A DNA stretch of 64,000 nt from Chthoniobacterales bacterium (GCA_044359955.1 JBIKLF010000003.1:3218-67217); one strand, 5' to 3'; counted from the stretch's first letter, positions 27,493 through 37,382 are shown. Notes: generated by a model not told the origin, from the letters alone. Made by a program: numbers and translations.

Positions 27493-29373
27493 ATGACATC
27501 CAGATTTCAGGTCTGGTCAATGCGCGGTTCCTTGGGCAGCTTTCGCCACGGCATGACTTGGGAAATCACCGTTGTTCTCGCTTTGGTCTTGTTTGCGCTT
27601 GTTCAGTTCGTGCGCGAGCGCTGGCCGCTGGACCTGACGGGGCTGGTTGTTTTTGCAGTCCTCCTCCTCCTTTCGCAGCTTCCCGGTAGCACCACATTTC
27701 CTACTACCGAACGGCTTTTGATGGTTTTCGCCAATGCGGCGCCATTGACCGTGGCCGCCATGTTCATCCTGACCTATGCCCTTGAACGAACTGGTGCGAT
27801 CACCCGCGCCATGGTCGCGCTCGAACGGCTCGGAAACCTCGGAACACGCGGGCTGCTTCTGATCATGATGCTGGCGGCAGGAAGCGCGTCGGCTTTCGTC
27901 AACAATACTCCGGTGGTCGTGGTCGGTCTTCCTGTTGCCATGTATCTCGCCAAGCGCGCGGGCGCTCCTGCCTCGACTTTTCTGATCCCGCTTTCCTATG
28001 CCGCCGTCTTTGGAGGTTGCTGCACCTTAGTCGGCACAAGCACGAATATTCTGGGCAGCGGGTTGCTCAAAGATGCAGGCCAGCCGCCTTTGGGAATGTT
28101 TGAAATCGGCGCGGTTGGTCTGCCGCTGGCCATTTTAGGAACTCTCTACACGGTTTGGGCGGCGCCGAAGCTTTTGCCTGCGCGCAAGACGCTTCGTGCT
28201 GAACTCGGGTCCGAGGCTGAGACGGCGGAATATGCCTTTGAGGTTACGATCAAACCTGGGGCGCCCGTAGTCGGCAAAACTCTAACTCAAGCTGGTCTGA
28301 GCTCGCGCAAAGAAATGCGCGTGATCGAACTGCTGCGTGAGAGCGAACCGGCGCAGCAGTTGGATGGAATCAAACTGCAGGCCGGCGACCGTCTGGTCAT
28401 CGTGGGCACTCCGGAGGCGGTTGCCTCAATTCTTGGCATGCAAGGAGTAGACTTGGAGGCTGGAAAGGACACGGCAGCAGATTATCTTGCGTCCCACGAG
28501 ACGCATCTGGCCGAAGCCATCATCGGTCCTTTGTCCGAGATTGCTGGACGCAGTTTGCGGGACGTCAACTTTCACCAACGATTCGGATTGATTGTGCTCG
28601 CGATCCACCGCCGCGGACTAAACCTGAGTCGCGGATTTGAAACCGTGCCACTGCAGGCGGGAGATACCTTGCTGCTCATGGGCGGCAACGCCAGTGTGAA
28701 CGCTCTTCGTCGCAGCGGCGATCTGCTGCTCTTGGATCGAACCCGTGTAGCTACATCCGCCCAGCAGGCAAATGCGCCGGTCGTGTTTGGCACATTGCTG
28801 GGAGTCATTCTTTTGTCCGCTTTCGAGTTGATGCCTATTGAAGTGGCGGCGCCAGTTGGTTGCGTGTTGCTGATGCTGACCGGCGCCATCCGGCCTCGGG
28901 ACGCCTATGCATCGGTGGACTGGCCATTGATGTTTTTGATCTACACCACGATAGCTCTGGGTCTCGCCATGGACAGCACCGGGGCAGCTAATTTCATAGC
29001 ACAGCACTTGGTCGGCACGGCGGCGGGTTGGTTTGAGGAAGCGTGGCGACCGCTAGCCATGTTGGCCGTCGTCTATCTCCTGACTGTCGCTATCACGGAA
29101 GTTCTCTCCAACAACGCCACGGTTGTGCTGATGATGCCGATTGCACTCGGCATTGCTTTGCAGATGGACTTGGACGCGCGTCCTTTCGCCATCGCCATCA
29201 CCCTCGGGGCCAGCGCAGGCTTTGCCACGCCGATCGGCTATCAGACCAACACCTTTGTCTATTCCGCCGGCGGATACCGTTTCGGCGACTTTTTCAGGAT
29301 CGGGTTGCCTCTGAACTTTTTGTATTTTCTTGGTGCAGTCATCATCATTCCTTTGGTCTGGCCGCTCAAGTAA
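27493..29373 (+). CDS. SLC13/DASS-type permease with two internal TrkA-C domains
   Basis: 626 aa. Polytopic halves flank two RCK_C-like segments (IKPGAPVVGKTL..., IGPLSEIAGRSLRDVNF...). GC is visibly lower than in neighbouring genes. Confidence 0.8.
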   Translation: MTSRFQVWSMRGSLGSFRHGMTWEITVVLALVLFALVQFVRERWPLDLTGLVVFAVLLLLSQLPGSTTFPTTERLLMVFANAAPLTVAAMFILTYALERTGAITRAMVALERLGNLGTRGLLLIMMLAAGSASAFVNNTPVVVVGLPVAMYLAKRAGAPASTFLIPLSYAAVFGGCCTLVGTSTNILGSGLLKDAGQPPLGMFEIGAVGLPLAILGTLYTVWAAPKLLPARKTLRAELGSEAETAEYAFEVTIKPGAPVVGKTLTQAGLSSRKEMRVIELLRESEPAQQLDGIKLQAGDRLVIVGTPEAVASILGMQGVDLEAGKDTAADYLASHETHLAEAIIGPLSEIAGRSLRDVNFHQRFGLIVLAIHRRGLNLSRGFETVPLQAGDTLLLMGGNASVNALRRSGDLLLLDRTRVATSAQQANAPVVFGTLLGVILLSAFELMPIEVAAPVGCVLLMLTGAIRPRDAYASVDWPLMFLIYTTIALGLAMDSTGAANFIAQHLVGTAAGWFEEAWRPLAMLAVVYLLTVAITEVLSNNATVVLMMPIALGIALQMDLDARPFAIAITLGASAGFATPIGYQTNTFVYSAGGYRFGDFFRIGLPLNFLYFLGAVIIIPLVWPLK

Positions 29374-29403
29374 GAAGGGCAGCTGGAGCCGACCATATTC
29401 CTC

Positions 29404-31041
29404 ATGCCGTCTCCCCTGATTATCGATGCCGCGGTCGTGGTGCTTTATTTTGCGGTGATTGTCGGCATCGGTTTGCGGGCCGGCCGGGGCAGCAACAGCC
29501 TGCAGGAATTCACGCTGGGCGGACACAAGATCCCTTGGTGGGCCGTGCTTGCCTCGATCATTGCGGCGGAAACCAGCGCCGCCACTTTCCTCGGCGCGCC
29601 GGCGGAGGGTTTCAAAACAAGGAGCTTCGCCTATGCGCAGTTGGCCATCGGCACGGTTATCGCCCGCTTCATCATCGCCTTCTTGTTTATCGCGCCTTAC
29701 TACCGCCACAAAGTCCAAAGCATCTACGAGTATCTCGACCTGCGGTTCGGTCCGCGCACGCGCGATATGGCCAGTGCGATATTCCTCGTCACCCGCGTCC
29801 TCGGCATCGGCGTGCGTCTCTACCTCGGCGGCGTGATCATCGTCGTCATCTGGCGCTACCTTTATCCCGGCGCGCCGATCACGCTCGGCACGTATTTTTG
29901 GGGCATTCTGTTCACTACCGTGGTGACGACCCTCTACACCGCCGTGGGTGGCATCAAAGCGGTGATCTGGACCGACCTTATCCAGGCCTGTCTCATGGTC
30001 GGAGCCATTTTCTTTGCCATGGGAGCGGTATTTTTATCGATCCCCGGGGGATGGGAAACGGTCTCGGCCAGCATCGCGGCCAATCCCGGTGCAGGAATGA
30101 TCCAAACCGGTTGGGACCCCTCGAAACCCTTTGGCGAGGCGCTCAAGGGGATGCTGGAGACGCCTTACACCATTTTTGCAGCGATCATCGGATCGACGCT
30201 CTTCACCATGGCCACGCACGGCACGGACCAGGATATGGTGCAGCGCCTCCTCACCGCCGAAAATCCAGCCAAGGCGAAGCGATCGCTCATCGTTAGTGGC
30301 TTTGCCGACATTCCCATCGTCCTTGGTTTCCTGACCATCGGCCTCCTCCTCGCCATCCACTACGAGAAGACGCCCGATCCGAATCTGCCGGCGCAGCACA
30401 ATGAAGTTTTTGCTTACTACATCGTCAACGAAATGCCGGTGGTTATCCGCGGACTCATCGTGGCCGGCGTCTTCGCGACCATGATGGGCTCGACATCCGC
30501 CGCGCTCAACGCGCTGGCCACTTCTTTCACCAAAGATTTCTACGTTCCTTACCTCGGCGGGGCCACGGCGTCGGATGCGAAGGCGGTCGCTGTGGTGCGT
30601 ATTGCCACGGTGGTTTTCGGTGCGCTCATGGTCGGCGTGGCCACCGCGGCTGCCTACGCGGTGCTCCAGACCAACATCACGATCATCCCGCTCGCACTTG
30701 GTATTCTCGGCTACAGCTATGGCAGTCTGCTCGGCATGTTCCTGCTCGGCATGCTCACCGAAACGCGCGGCAGCGACCGTGCCAACGTAGTCGCCATGAT
30801 TGCCGGTATTGTTTCCGTCCTGGTGTTTTGCCGGGTCAAAGTTCCTGCATTTGACCTCGCCGCCCTGCTGCGCGGGGAACTCGTGCCGCAGGAGTGGGCC
30901 TTCGGAGCCTTCTTGCCGGATTGGTGGCCGGCCATTGCCTGGCCGTATTATGTGCTCATCGGCACGATCGGCACCGTCGCGGTGGCGGTGTTTTTCCGGA
31001 CACCTAAAAGAGCGTTGGCGTTGACTCAGGGGAGCCGCTAG
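29404..31041 (+). CDS. sodium:solute symporter family transporter
   Basis: 545 aa, about 13 TM segments. SSF-like WWAVLASIIAAETSAATFLG motif. Confidence 0.85.
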   Translation: MPSPLIIDAAVVVLYFAVIVGIGLRAGRGSNSLQEFTLGGHKIPWWAVLASIIAAETSAATFLGAPAEGFKTRSFAYAQLAIGTVIARFIIAFLFIAPYYRHKVQSIYEYLDLRFGPRTRDMASAIFLVTRVLGIGVRLYLGGVIIVVIWRYLYPGAPITLGTYFWGILFTTVVTTLYTAVGGIKAVIWTDLIQACLMVGAIFFAMGAVFLSIPGGWETVSASIAANPGAGMIQTGWDPSKPFGEALKGMLETPYTIFAAIIGSTLFTMATHGTDQDMVQRLLTAENPAKAKRSLIVSGFADIPIVLGFLTIGLLLAIHYEKTPDPNLPAQHNEVFAYYIVNEMPVVIRGLIVAGVFATMMGSTSAALNALATSFTKDFYVPYLGGATASDAKAVAVVRIATVVFGALMVGVATAAAYAVLQTNITIIPLALGILGYSYGSLLGMFLLGMLTETRGSDRANVVAMIAGIVSVLVFCRVKVPAFDLAALLRGELVPQEWAFGAFLPDWWPAIAWPYYVLIGTIGTVAVAVFFRTPKRALALTQGSR

Positions 31042-31050
31042 CCTTGCCCG

Positions 31051-32001
31051 GTGACCGTGACGCTCCTGTTCCTTTTCCTAGGATTAGTTCTGCTTTACTT
31101 CGGTGCCGAAGGGCTAGTGCGTGGGAGTTCCTCTCTGGCGCTGCGCCTCGGCATAGGGCCCTTGCTTGTCGGGTTGACTGTCGTGGCCTTCGGCACGAGC
31201 GCGCCGGAGATGATGGTCAGCGTCAAAGCGGCTTACCTCGGCCAGGGCGACATTAGTCTGGGCAACGTGGTCGGATCGAACATCTGCAACATCGGGCTGA
31301 TCCTCGGTTTCTGCGCGCTTATCGTGCCGATCAAGGTTGCGTCGCAGATCGTCCGTATCGACACGCCGATCATGATCGCCGCCACCGCGCTGGCCATCGC
31401 GTTGCTCTACGACGGGGCTTTGACCCGCACCGAGGGGATCATCTTTTTCCTGCTTCTGGTTGTTTACGTCGTTTTCAGCATCCGTCTGGCCAGAAAGCAG
31501 GCTTCGGACCCGTTGGCGCAGGAGTTTTCCGAAGAGGTGAAAATTTCCAAAAGTGGTGTGGCGCTTGATGTTCTCATGGTCATCGGTGGTCTGGTCATGC
31601 TGGTTTTCGGTGCCCGTTTCCTCGTCGATGCCGCGATTGAAATCGCCCAAGCTTTCGGTCTGAGCGAGGCTGTCATTGGGCTGACTATTGTCGCGGTCGG
31701 CACCAGTTTGCCCGAGTTTGCCACTTCGCTCATCGCGGCCATCAAAAAGGAGTCGGATATCGCGGTGGGCAACATTGTCGGCAGCAATATTTTCAACATT
31801 TTCGGCATTCTGGGCGTCTCCGCGATCATCGCACCGCTGAGTTCCAGCGGGATCAACAGCTTGGACCTCGGGGTGATGGCGGCTTTTGCCTTGGCCCTCT
31901 GGGGTTTTGCCGTGACGGGACATCGCATCACGCGCATCGAAGGACTGCTTATGCTCGTGGCCTACTCGGGCTACGTGGCTTGGCTAGTCGCGAGGACTTA
32001 G
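31051..32001 (+). CDS. Ca2+/Na+ antiporter (CaCA, YrbG-like)
   Basis: Two alpha-repeats, GTSAPEMMVS and GTSLPEFATS, plus GNVVGSNICN and GNIVGSNIFN. GTG start at 31051. Confidence 0.85.
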   Translation: MTVTLLFLFLGLVLLYFGAEGLVRGSSSLALRLGIGPLLVGLTVVAFGTSAPEMMVSVKAAYLGQGDISLGNVVGSNICNIGLILGFCALIVPIKVASQIVRIDTPIMIAATALAIALLYDGALTRTEGIIFFLLLVVYVVFSIRLARKQASDPLAQEFSEEVKISKSGVALDVLMVIGGLVMLVFGARFLVDAAIEIAQAFGLSEAVIGLTIVAVGTSLPEFATSLIAAIKKESDIAVGNIVGSNIFNIFGILGVSAIIAPLSSSGINSLDLGVMAAFALALWGFAVTGHRITRIEGLLMLVAYSGYVAWLVART

Positions 32002-32006
32002 GAAGC

Positions 32007-32642
32007 TCACGATGCCTGCGGCGCGAAATGGCCGATGATTTCCGCACCTCCCCAGACAAGCGCGCCGAAGAAAGCCAGCGTGAGGAGAAAAGCAACCCCC
32101 GCGGCGATTAGGCAGTAGCCGTCCCGTTCGGAGAAAGCGGCCGCGGTGAGAATGACGGTGAGGGCCGGTAGCATGTTCGTGCCGGGGATGGGCAGGGGCA
32201 GGAGAAGCAACAGCCCGCACAGACAGACGACGGTGCCGGCGAGGAAGCGCATTTGGCCGAACTCGAAAATCCCGGTCATGCGCGGATGAAGCAGTTTTTC
32301 GAAAACTCCGAGCACCCGCGCGCCCCCGCGCATCACGGCCGGAAAGAAATTTCCGCTCAGCTTGGTGGCGAGGAGGCGTTTCGGCATCCACGGGTGTTGA
32401 CTGAGGGCAAAGCGGAGTCCGAGCAAGGCGATGGCCACGCCCAGCGGCGTGGAGAGTCCGGGCAAAGGAATCGGTTGGCACATGGGCAAGGCGAGAATCA
32501 CGAGCAGGAGCGTGTAGACGCGGCCTTGGAGTTCATCCATCAAGCCGCCAAGTGTCAGTTCTGCGTGCTCCTCGCGATCCGCGAGCTGAAGCAGTTGAGC
32601 CGAAAGCCGCTCGGATACCTCGCGTGCCGGTGGTGTCGTCAT
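32007..32642 (-). CDS. ExoD-family membrane protein
   Basis: 211 aa. LGGLMDELQGRVYTLLLVILALP and PLPGLSTPLG are typical of ExoD. Confidence 0.75.
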   Translation of the reverse strand: MTTPPAREVSERLSAQLLQLADREEHAELTLGGLMDELQGRVYTLLLVILALPMCQPIPLPGLSTPLGVAIALLGLRFALSQHPWMPKRLLATKLSGNFFPAVMRGGARVLGVFEKLLHPRMTGIFEFGQMRFLAGTVVCLCGLLLLLPLPIPGTNMLPALTVILTAAAFSERDGYCLIAAGVAFLLTLAFFGALVWGGAEIIGHFAPQAS

Positions 32643-32759
32643 GCCCGTGTGTTTTGGGTGCTCACCATCTTATGCATTGATGTCGGCGTTAAGTTCACCA
32701 TGGGTCCCCTGCGTGAGCACCTCATCGTGGATTTTTGCGCAGGGGGGATTCCCATGAAC

Positions 32760-34658
32760 TCAATCAAGCACGACCTGCAGACCGTCGCGGATGGCCTCGA
32801 TGACTTCGTCCGGGTCGGAGGCTTTCTTGAGGCGGTCGGTGACGTATTCGCTGTCGACTAGACCGACAATGTCCGCGAGGAAACGCGGTTGGATGCGGGC
32901 CACGCTTTGCGGGGTAATGAGAAGAAAGATCATGCTGATGCGCTCGTTGCTCCCAGGAATGGGAATACCCTCCTCCGAGCGGGCAAAGATCAGGACGGGC
33001 GCATCAATGGAGTCCAAGCGGCAATGCGGGATGGCCAAGCCGTGACCGAAATAAGTCGTCATGGTTGCTTCGCGCTGCAGGACTTGGGTGATGATTTTCC
33101 GTCCGTCGGCCGGGAGTTGGTTGAGCGGGACAGCCAACACAATTTTCTCGATCGCCTCTTCGAGATTGGCCGCCTGAACATCGAGCACGATGCGACCGGG
33201 CGTGATGGCATCGGCCAGCGAGATGGTTTTGCCGGTGCGGTCGGTGTCGGATTCATCGCTGATTTTGCCGACCAGTTCCTCCAAGACGTCTTCGAGCGTG
33301 ATGATGCCGGTCCAAGCGCCGCCCGCGTCTGTGACGAAAGCTATGTGCTGGTTGCCGCGTTGGAGTTTGGACAGCGCGTCGTCGAGGGGCATGTCTTCGG
33401 GCAACTCGAGCACTGGGCGCACGAATTCGCGCAGTTCAGAGGAGCGCAGCTCCGGCCAACCCTGGCGCAGGGCGAGATCTTTGAGCAGAATGACCCCGAG
33501 GGGCTTGCTGTGTTCCTTTTCCAGCAGGGGGTAGCGCGAGTAGCGGGACTCCTGGATGGCGGCGAGGTTATAGGACCACGGCCAATCCAAGCGCAGGTGC
33601 CGGACGCCGCTGCAGCGTCGCATCGAATCGCGGACGGTGATTTCGGCCATATCGACCACGTTCTCGATGAGCAGTAGGCGCCGGAAAGGCATCAGGCCGA
33701 GTTTCTCGGGCCGCTCGAAGTGCATCTTCAGCTCATCTTTCCGGGGTAGCAGCAGGGAAACGATGATGCAGACGAGCAGAATGACGAGGATGAGGATGAG
33801 CGACGCGACGACCGGAATCTCGTAGAAGTCGCTGACCAGCATCTTCACGCCGAGAATGAGGATGATGGACGCGAAGCCGTAGTGCAGCGCGTGGAACATG
33901 CGCATCACGCCGGAGACGGCAAAATAGAGCGACCGCAAGCCCAGCATGGCGAAGATGTTTGAAGTGAAAACAATGAACGGGTCGCGGCTGATGGCGAAAA
34001 TGGCCGGGATGGAGTCGACGGCGAAGACGATGTCGGAGGACTCAACGGCCAGCAGGGCGACGAAGAGCGGTGTGGCGGCCAAGGCTCCCCATCGGCGAGT
34101 GAAAAACTTTCCTTCGTCGTATTCCTGACTCACCGGGAACCAGCGACGGAAGATGCGGATCACCCAGTTTTTCTCCGGGTCGGTCTCCGTGTCTTTGTTG
34201 CGCATCATGCTGAGCCCGGTTAAGACGAGGAGCGCGCCGAAGACATACATCAGCCAATGGAACCGGTCGAGGAGTGCGAGGCCGCCGAGGATGAAAGCGG
34301 CACGCAGGACAATCGCGCCGAGGATTCCCAGGAAAAGGACCTTGTGCTGGAAGACCGGCGGAACCCGGAAGTAACTGAAGATGAGAACGAAAACGAAAAT
34401 GTTGTCGATGCTCAGCGACTTTTCGACGAGGAAGCCGGTGAAGAACTCCAGCCCCGCCTCGGTGCCGCGCTCGTGGAAAAAGAAAATTCCCGCGTTGAAG
34501 AGGAGGGCCAGTCCCGTCCAGAACCCGTAGAGAATGAAAGCCTCCCTGGTGTCGATGACATGCGGCTTGCGGTGGAAGGTGCTGAAGTCCAGAATCAGCA
34601 GAAGCAGCAGGAAAACGACAAATCCGCTCCAAAGCAGCAGGTGGAGCTCGTTGATCAT
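32760..34658 (-). CDS. TerC-family membrane protein fused to a CBS pair and a PTS EIIA (fructose/Ntr type) domain
   Basis: ATG 34658 within listed ORF 32760..34940. N-terminal TerC motifs (FLVEKSLSIDNIFVF, AVDSIPAIFAI), a central CBS pair ending GIITLEDVLEELVG, and a C-terminal EIIA_2 with the phosphorylatable-His motif GHGLAIPHCR. Confidence 0.85.
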   Translation of the reverse strand: MINELHLLLWSGFVVFLLLLLILDFSTFHRKPHVIDTREAFILYGFWTGLALLFNAGIFFFHERGTEAGLEFFTGFLVEKSLSIDNIFVFVLIFSYFRVPPVFQHKVLFLGILGAIVLRAAFILGGLALLDRFHWLMYVFGALLVLTGLSMMRNKDTETDPEKNWVIRIFRRWFPVSQEYDEGKFFTRRWGALAATPLFVALLAVESSDIVFAVDSIPAIFAISRDPFIVFTSNIFAMLGLRSLYFAVSGVMRMFHALHYGFASIILILGVKMLVSDFYEIPVVASLILILVILLVCIIVSLLLPRKDELKMHFERPEKLGLMPFRRLLLIENVVDMAEITVRDSMRRCSGVRHLRLDWPWSYNLAAIQESRYSRYPLLEKEHSKPLGVILLKDLALRQGWPELRSSELREFVRPVLELPEDMPLDDALSKLQRGNQHIAFVTDAGGAWTGIITLEDVLEELVGKISDESDTDRTGKTISLADAITPGRIVLDVQAANLEEAIEKIVLAVPLNQLPADGRKIITQVLQREATMTTYFGHGLAIPHCRLDSIDAPVLIFARSEEGIPIPGSNERISMIFLLITPQSVARIQPRFLADIVGLVDSEYVTDRLKKASDPDEVIEAIRDGLQVVLD

Positions 34659-34930
34659 TGTCGAAAGGAAACAGTGCGGACAGAGAGCGACACTGCCTTG
34701 AGCTATACGGGTCGCCTCGGCGAAAAGCAACGGCGGGATAAGAAGCGCTGTTTTCCGACGGAAGTTAGAGGGTAAGCGGCAATTCCGCTGAGAGCAGCCA
34801 GAGGCAAGAAAGGATTTTTCACGCCTATTTGCGACAAGGAGCGACGAAATTCGTTCAAAGCGGGGCGGTTTATAGCTCTCCTTGGTCGGCAAATATTGCG
34901 TCCAGTGCAGTCTTGCCCTTAATTCGGGCC

Positions 34931-35587
34931 ATGGTTGCACTTTCCGCTGCTGCTTTGCCTTCGCTGGAGAACACCGAGCTTTATGGCGTGGTCGATCTGA
35001 ATTACCACCTTTCTGCAGAAACTGCTTCGGTGGCGGCGGAGCGCTTGCTCGAAGGCGGCGTCGACATTCTGCGATTGCGCGCGAGCGCGGTTCCTCGCTC
35101 CATTGTGATCGGACTCGCCGAAGAAATCCACGCGATGACTTCGGCTTTGGGAGTCCCTTTGATACTTCACGATGGCTCCGACTTGCTCCGGGAGGTGCCG
35201 GCCGAAGGCGTGCATCTCGCGCAGGAACAAATCTCCATCGCCGAGGTCCGCGCGGCTGCCGGTCGTCCCGTCGTCATCGGGCGAGATGCCCGTAGTTTGC
35301 CGCAAGCGCGGGCCGTCGCCGAGTACGGGGCTGATTACGTCGGCTTCGGCCCGCTTTTTGCGAATCCGGAAAAAACCGAACATGAGGCGATCGGTCTGGA
35401 GGATCTGGCGGCGGTGCACGAGCAACTCTCGATCCCCGTGTTTTGCTTCGGCGGAATCACGTTGGACAATCTGGCGCAGGCTCGCGACGCCGGTGCGCGC
35501 CGGGTGGTCATGGTGTCGGCGTGGTTGGAGGCGAAGGATATTCCCGCCGCGGTGCGAAGTGCTCGGAATCTCTTGTTCCAGAGCTAA
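34931..35587 (+). CDS. thiE: thiamine-phosphate synthase
   Basis: ATG 34931. LYGVVD, GVDILRLR, HLAQE, YVGFGPLF and FGGI motifs. Confidence 0.85.
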   Translation: MVALSAAALPSLENTELYGVVDLNYHLSAETASVAAERLLEGGVDILRLRASAVPRSIVIGLAEEIHAMTSALGVPLILHDGSDLLREVPAEGVHLAQEQISIAEVRAAAGRPVVIGRDARSLPQARAVAEYGADYVGFGPLFANPEKTEHEAIGLEDLAAVHEQLSIPVFCFGGITLDNLAQARDAGARRVVMVSAWLEAKDIPAAVRSARNLLFQS

Positions 35588-35708
35588 ATCGTACGCGCCT
35601 CCTCCATAAATCTGCCCCGCGCCCACTCCCTGCTCTCATGCATCCCAGCGCGGAGGGAGACAACGGTCAGTCCTTCCACGCGTGTGGCGATCGTTTGTCT
35701 GAGGAAGG

Positions 35709-36026
35709 GTGCTCAATCTTGCCTTTCGCTTTGGCAGCAAATACCGACCGGGCTCCACGCCGGCGGTGATCCCTGGCGTCCGGGCTAATGCCACTACCAG
35801 CAAGTTCGGCAACCGCTGCATCACCCGAGCCTCGGAGGGTAAAAGCTACAGGACTTCCCGCTTCGGCAGCGGCACGATCAGCCGCGATTCCAAAGGAGCC
35901 ACGACCACGACGCAGCGCATTGGGGATGGCGCGATCAGCCGCCGCAGCTCGGGGGCTTCAGCCACCACCTCGCGCTTTGGGAGCGGCTTTACGACCTCGC
36001 AGAGCAGTGGGCACGGCGGGGTGTAG
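35709..36026 (+). CDS. hypothetical S/T/G/R-rich small protein with S(K/R)FGxx repeats
   Basis: 105 codons from GTG 35709 directly after GAGGAAGG. SKFGNR, SRFGSG and SRFGSG recur. The antisense frame shares the same third-codon positions, so codon bias does not decide the strand. Confidence 0.3.
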   Translation: MLNLAFRFGSKYRPGSTPAVIPGVRANATTSKFGNRCITRASEGKSYRTSRFGSGTISRDSKGATTTTQRIGDGAISRRSSGASATTSRFGSGFTTSQSSGHGGV

Positions 36027-36037
36027 GGGTGTTGGTG

Positions 36038-37382
36038 CATAGGCGTTAACCTAATATCTTGCATGTTGAGGTGGCGGGCCGCAGGGTGGCGGAGTGAAAA
36101 CCGACAGTCTTCCCGAGGATTGGAACATCGTGCGTGGGTGGTTGCCCGAGGAGCTCAATGCTGGCGCGCGTCAGCATGGATTCCTGCAGCGGGCTCGAGG
36201 GCTGCAGGAAGCCGAAACGTGGCTGCGGCTGTTTCTGATGCATGTCGTGGGCGGCCTCTCGCTACAGCAAACCATCGTGCGCGCCGAAGAGTTGGGGCTG
36301 GCCAAGATCAGCGCCGTGGCGCTCTTCAAACGGCTTGGCAAGGCCGAGGCTTGGCTGCGGTCTCTGTGCTCTCACCTGCTGGAAGAGCAAAGACGGCGGC
36401 TTGGACTTCACCGGTGGCCTTGGAAAAAGCGTTTGCGGGTCATCGATGCCACCACCATCCAGGAACCCGGCACCAGCGGCACCAAGCTGCGCCTGCACTA
36501 CAGCATCCAGTTGCCAACCTTGGCGTGTGACCATTACGAACTGACCGATATCCACGGCGGGGAAAAACTCGGGAGATTTTCCTTTGCCCCGGGCCAATGG
36601 GTCTTGGTGGACCGCGGTTACAGTCACAGGCGGGGTGTGGCGCACGTCTTGGACGAGGGAGCCGAAGTGGTGATGCGATGGAACGCGGCGCTCTTCCCGC
36701 TGGAAGATGAACAAGGCAAGGCGTTCAAGCCCCTGCCGTGGGTGCGCAAGTTGCCGGCGCGGCGCTCCGCGGAGATTAAGCTCTTCTTCCAGCACGACTC
36801 CCGGCGGCATGCCGTGCGGCTTTGTGCGTTGCGCAAGTCGAGGATGGCCACGGAGAGAACCTTGCGAAAAATGGCCGACAAGGCGCGGCGCAACGGGACC
36901 AAAGAGATGGACGCCACCAGCCGCAAGCTGGCTGGTTATGTGTTGATCCTGACCACCATCGACGGGCCAGAGTTGTCCACAAGCCAAGTGCTGGAAATCT
37001 ACCGCTACCGCTGGCAGATCGAGTTGTATTTCAAGAGGCTCAAGAGCCTGCTTGACGCCGGGCACATGCCCAAAAGCAACGACGCCTCGGCCAAAGGGTG
37101 GATGCAGGCCAAAATGCTTTCGGCTCTGCTGCTGGAGCGAATCATGTTGGAGGCCGGTTTTTTTTCCCCCTGGGGATACCGCCTGCCAGAAGAGCCAGTG
37201 GGCGCTACTGGTCGAGACCAGAGACTGCCTCAAGCAAATCGTCGCTCCGGGGTTGCTGCTGGGTGACTTGATCGCCGCAGGCCAGAGGCTGAAAAAGCTC
37301 TTGGCCATCCGCCGCAAGAAGCGCCCGATGCAAATGACGGGATTGGGGTGTCTTGTTGATGCTCGTTAGGTTAACGCCTATG
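36038..37382 (+). mobile_element. IS4-family insertion sequence, 1345 bp, complete ends
   Basis: Perfect 17-bp terminal inverted repeats CATAGGCGTTAACCTAA (36038-36054; reverse complement at 37366-37382). 11-bp direct target duplication GGGTGTTGGTG (36027-36037 and 37383-37393). Confidence 0.9.
36094..37266 (+). CDS. IS4-family DDE transposase
   Basis: DDE_Tnp_1-type motifs VIDATTI, VLVDRGY and YRYRWQIELYFKRLK (Y-2-R-3-E-6-K). The C-terminal tail may continue in frame +1 to 37369 (see findings). Confidence 0.85.
   Translation: MKTDSLPEDWNIVRGWLPEELNAGARQHGFLQRARGLQEAETWLRLFLMHVVGGLSLQQTIVRAEELGLAKISAVALFKRLGKAEAWLRSLCSHLLEEQRRRLGLHRWPWKKRLRVIDATTIQEPGTSGTKLRLHYSIQLPTLACDHYELTDIHGGEKLGRFSFAPGQWVLVDRGYSHRRGVAHVLDEGAEVVMRWNAALFPLEDEQGKAFKPLPWVRKLPARRSAEIKLFFQHDSRRHAVRLCALRKSRMATERTLRKMADKARRNGTKEMDATSRKLAGYVLILTTIDGPELSTSQVLEIYRYRWQIELYFKRLKSLLDAGHMPKSNDASAKGWMQAKMLSALLLERIMLEAGFFSPWGYRLPEEPVGATGRDQRLPQANRRSGVAAG

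Noticed and set aside
34659-34930. Search for a TPP riboswitch (upstream of thiE) or a yybP-ykoY Mn riboswitch (upstream of the TerC fusion) in the 272-bp divergent region
   Set aside because: I could not find the TPP core (CUGAGA ... ACCUGAUCUGGAUAAUGCCAGCG) or the GGGGAGUAG / UUGACA...AGACC elements on either strand. An Infernal scan would be decisive.
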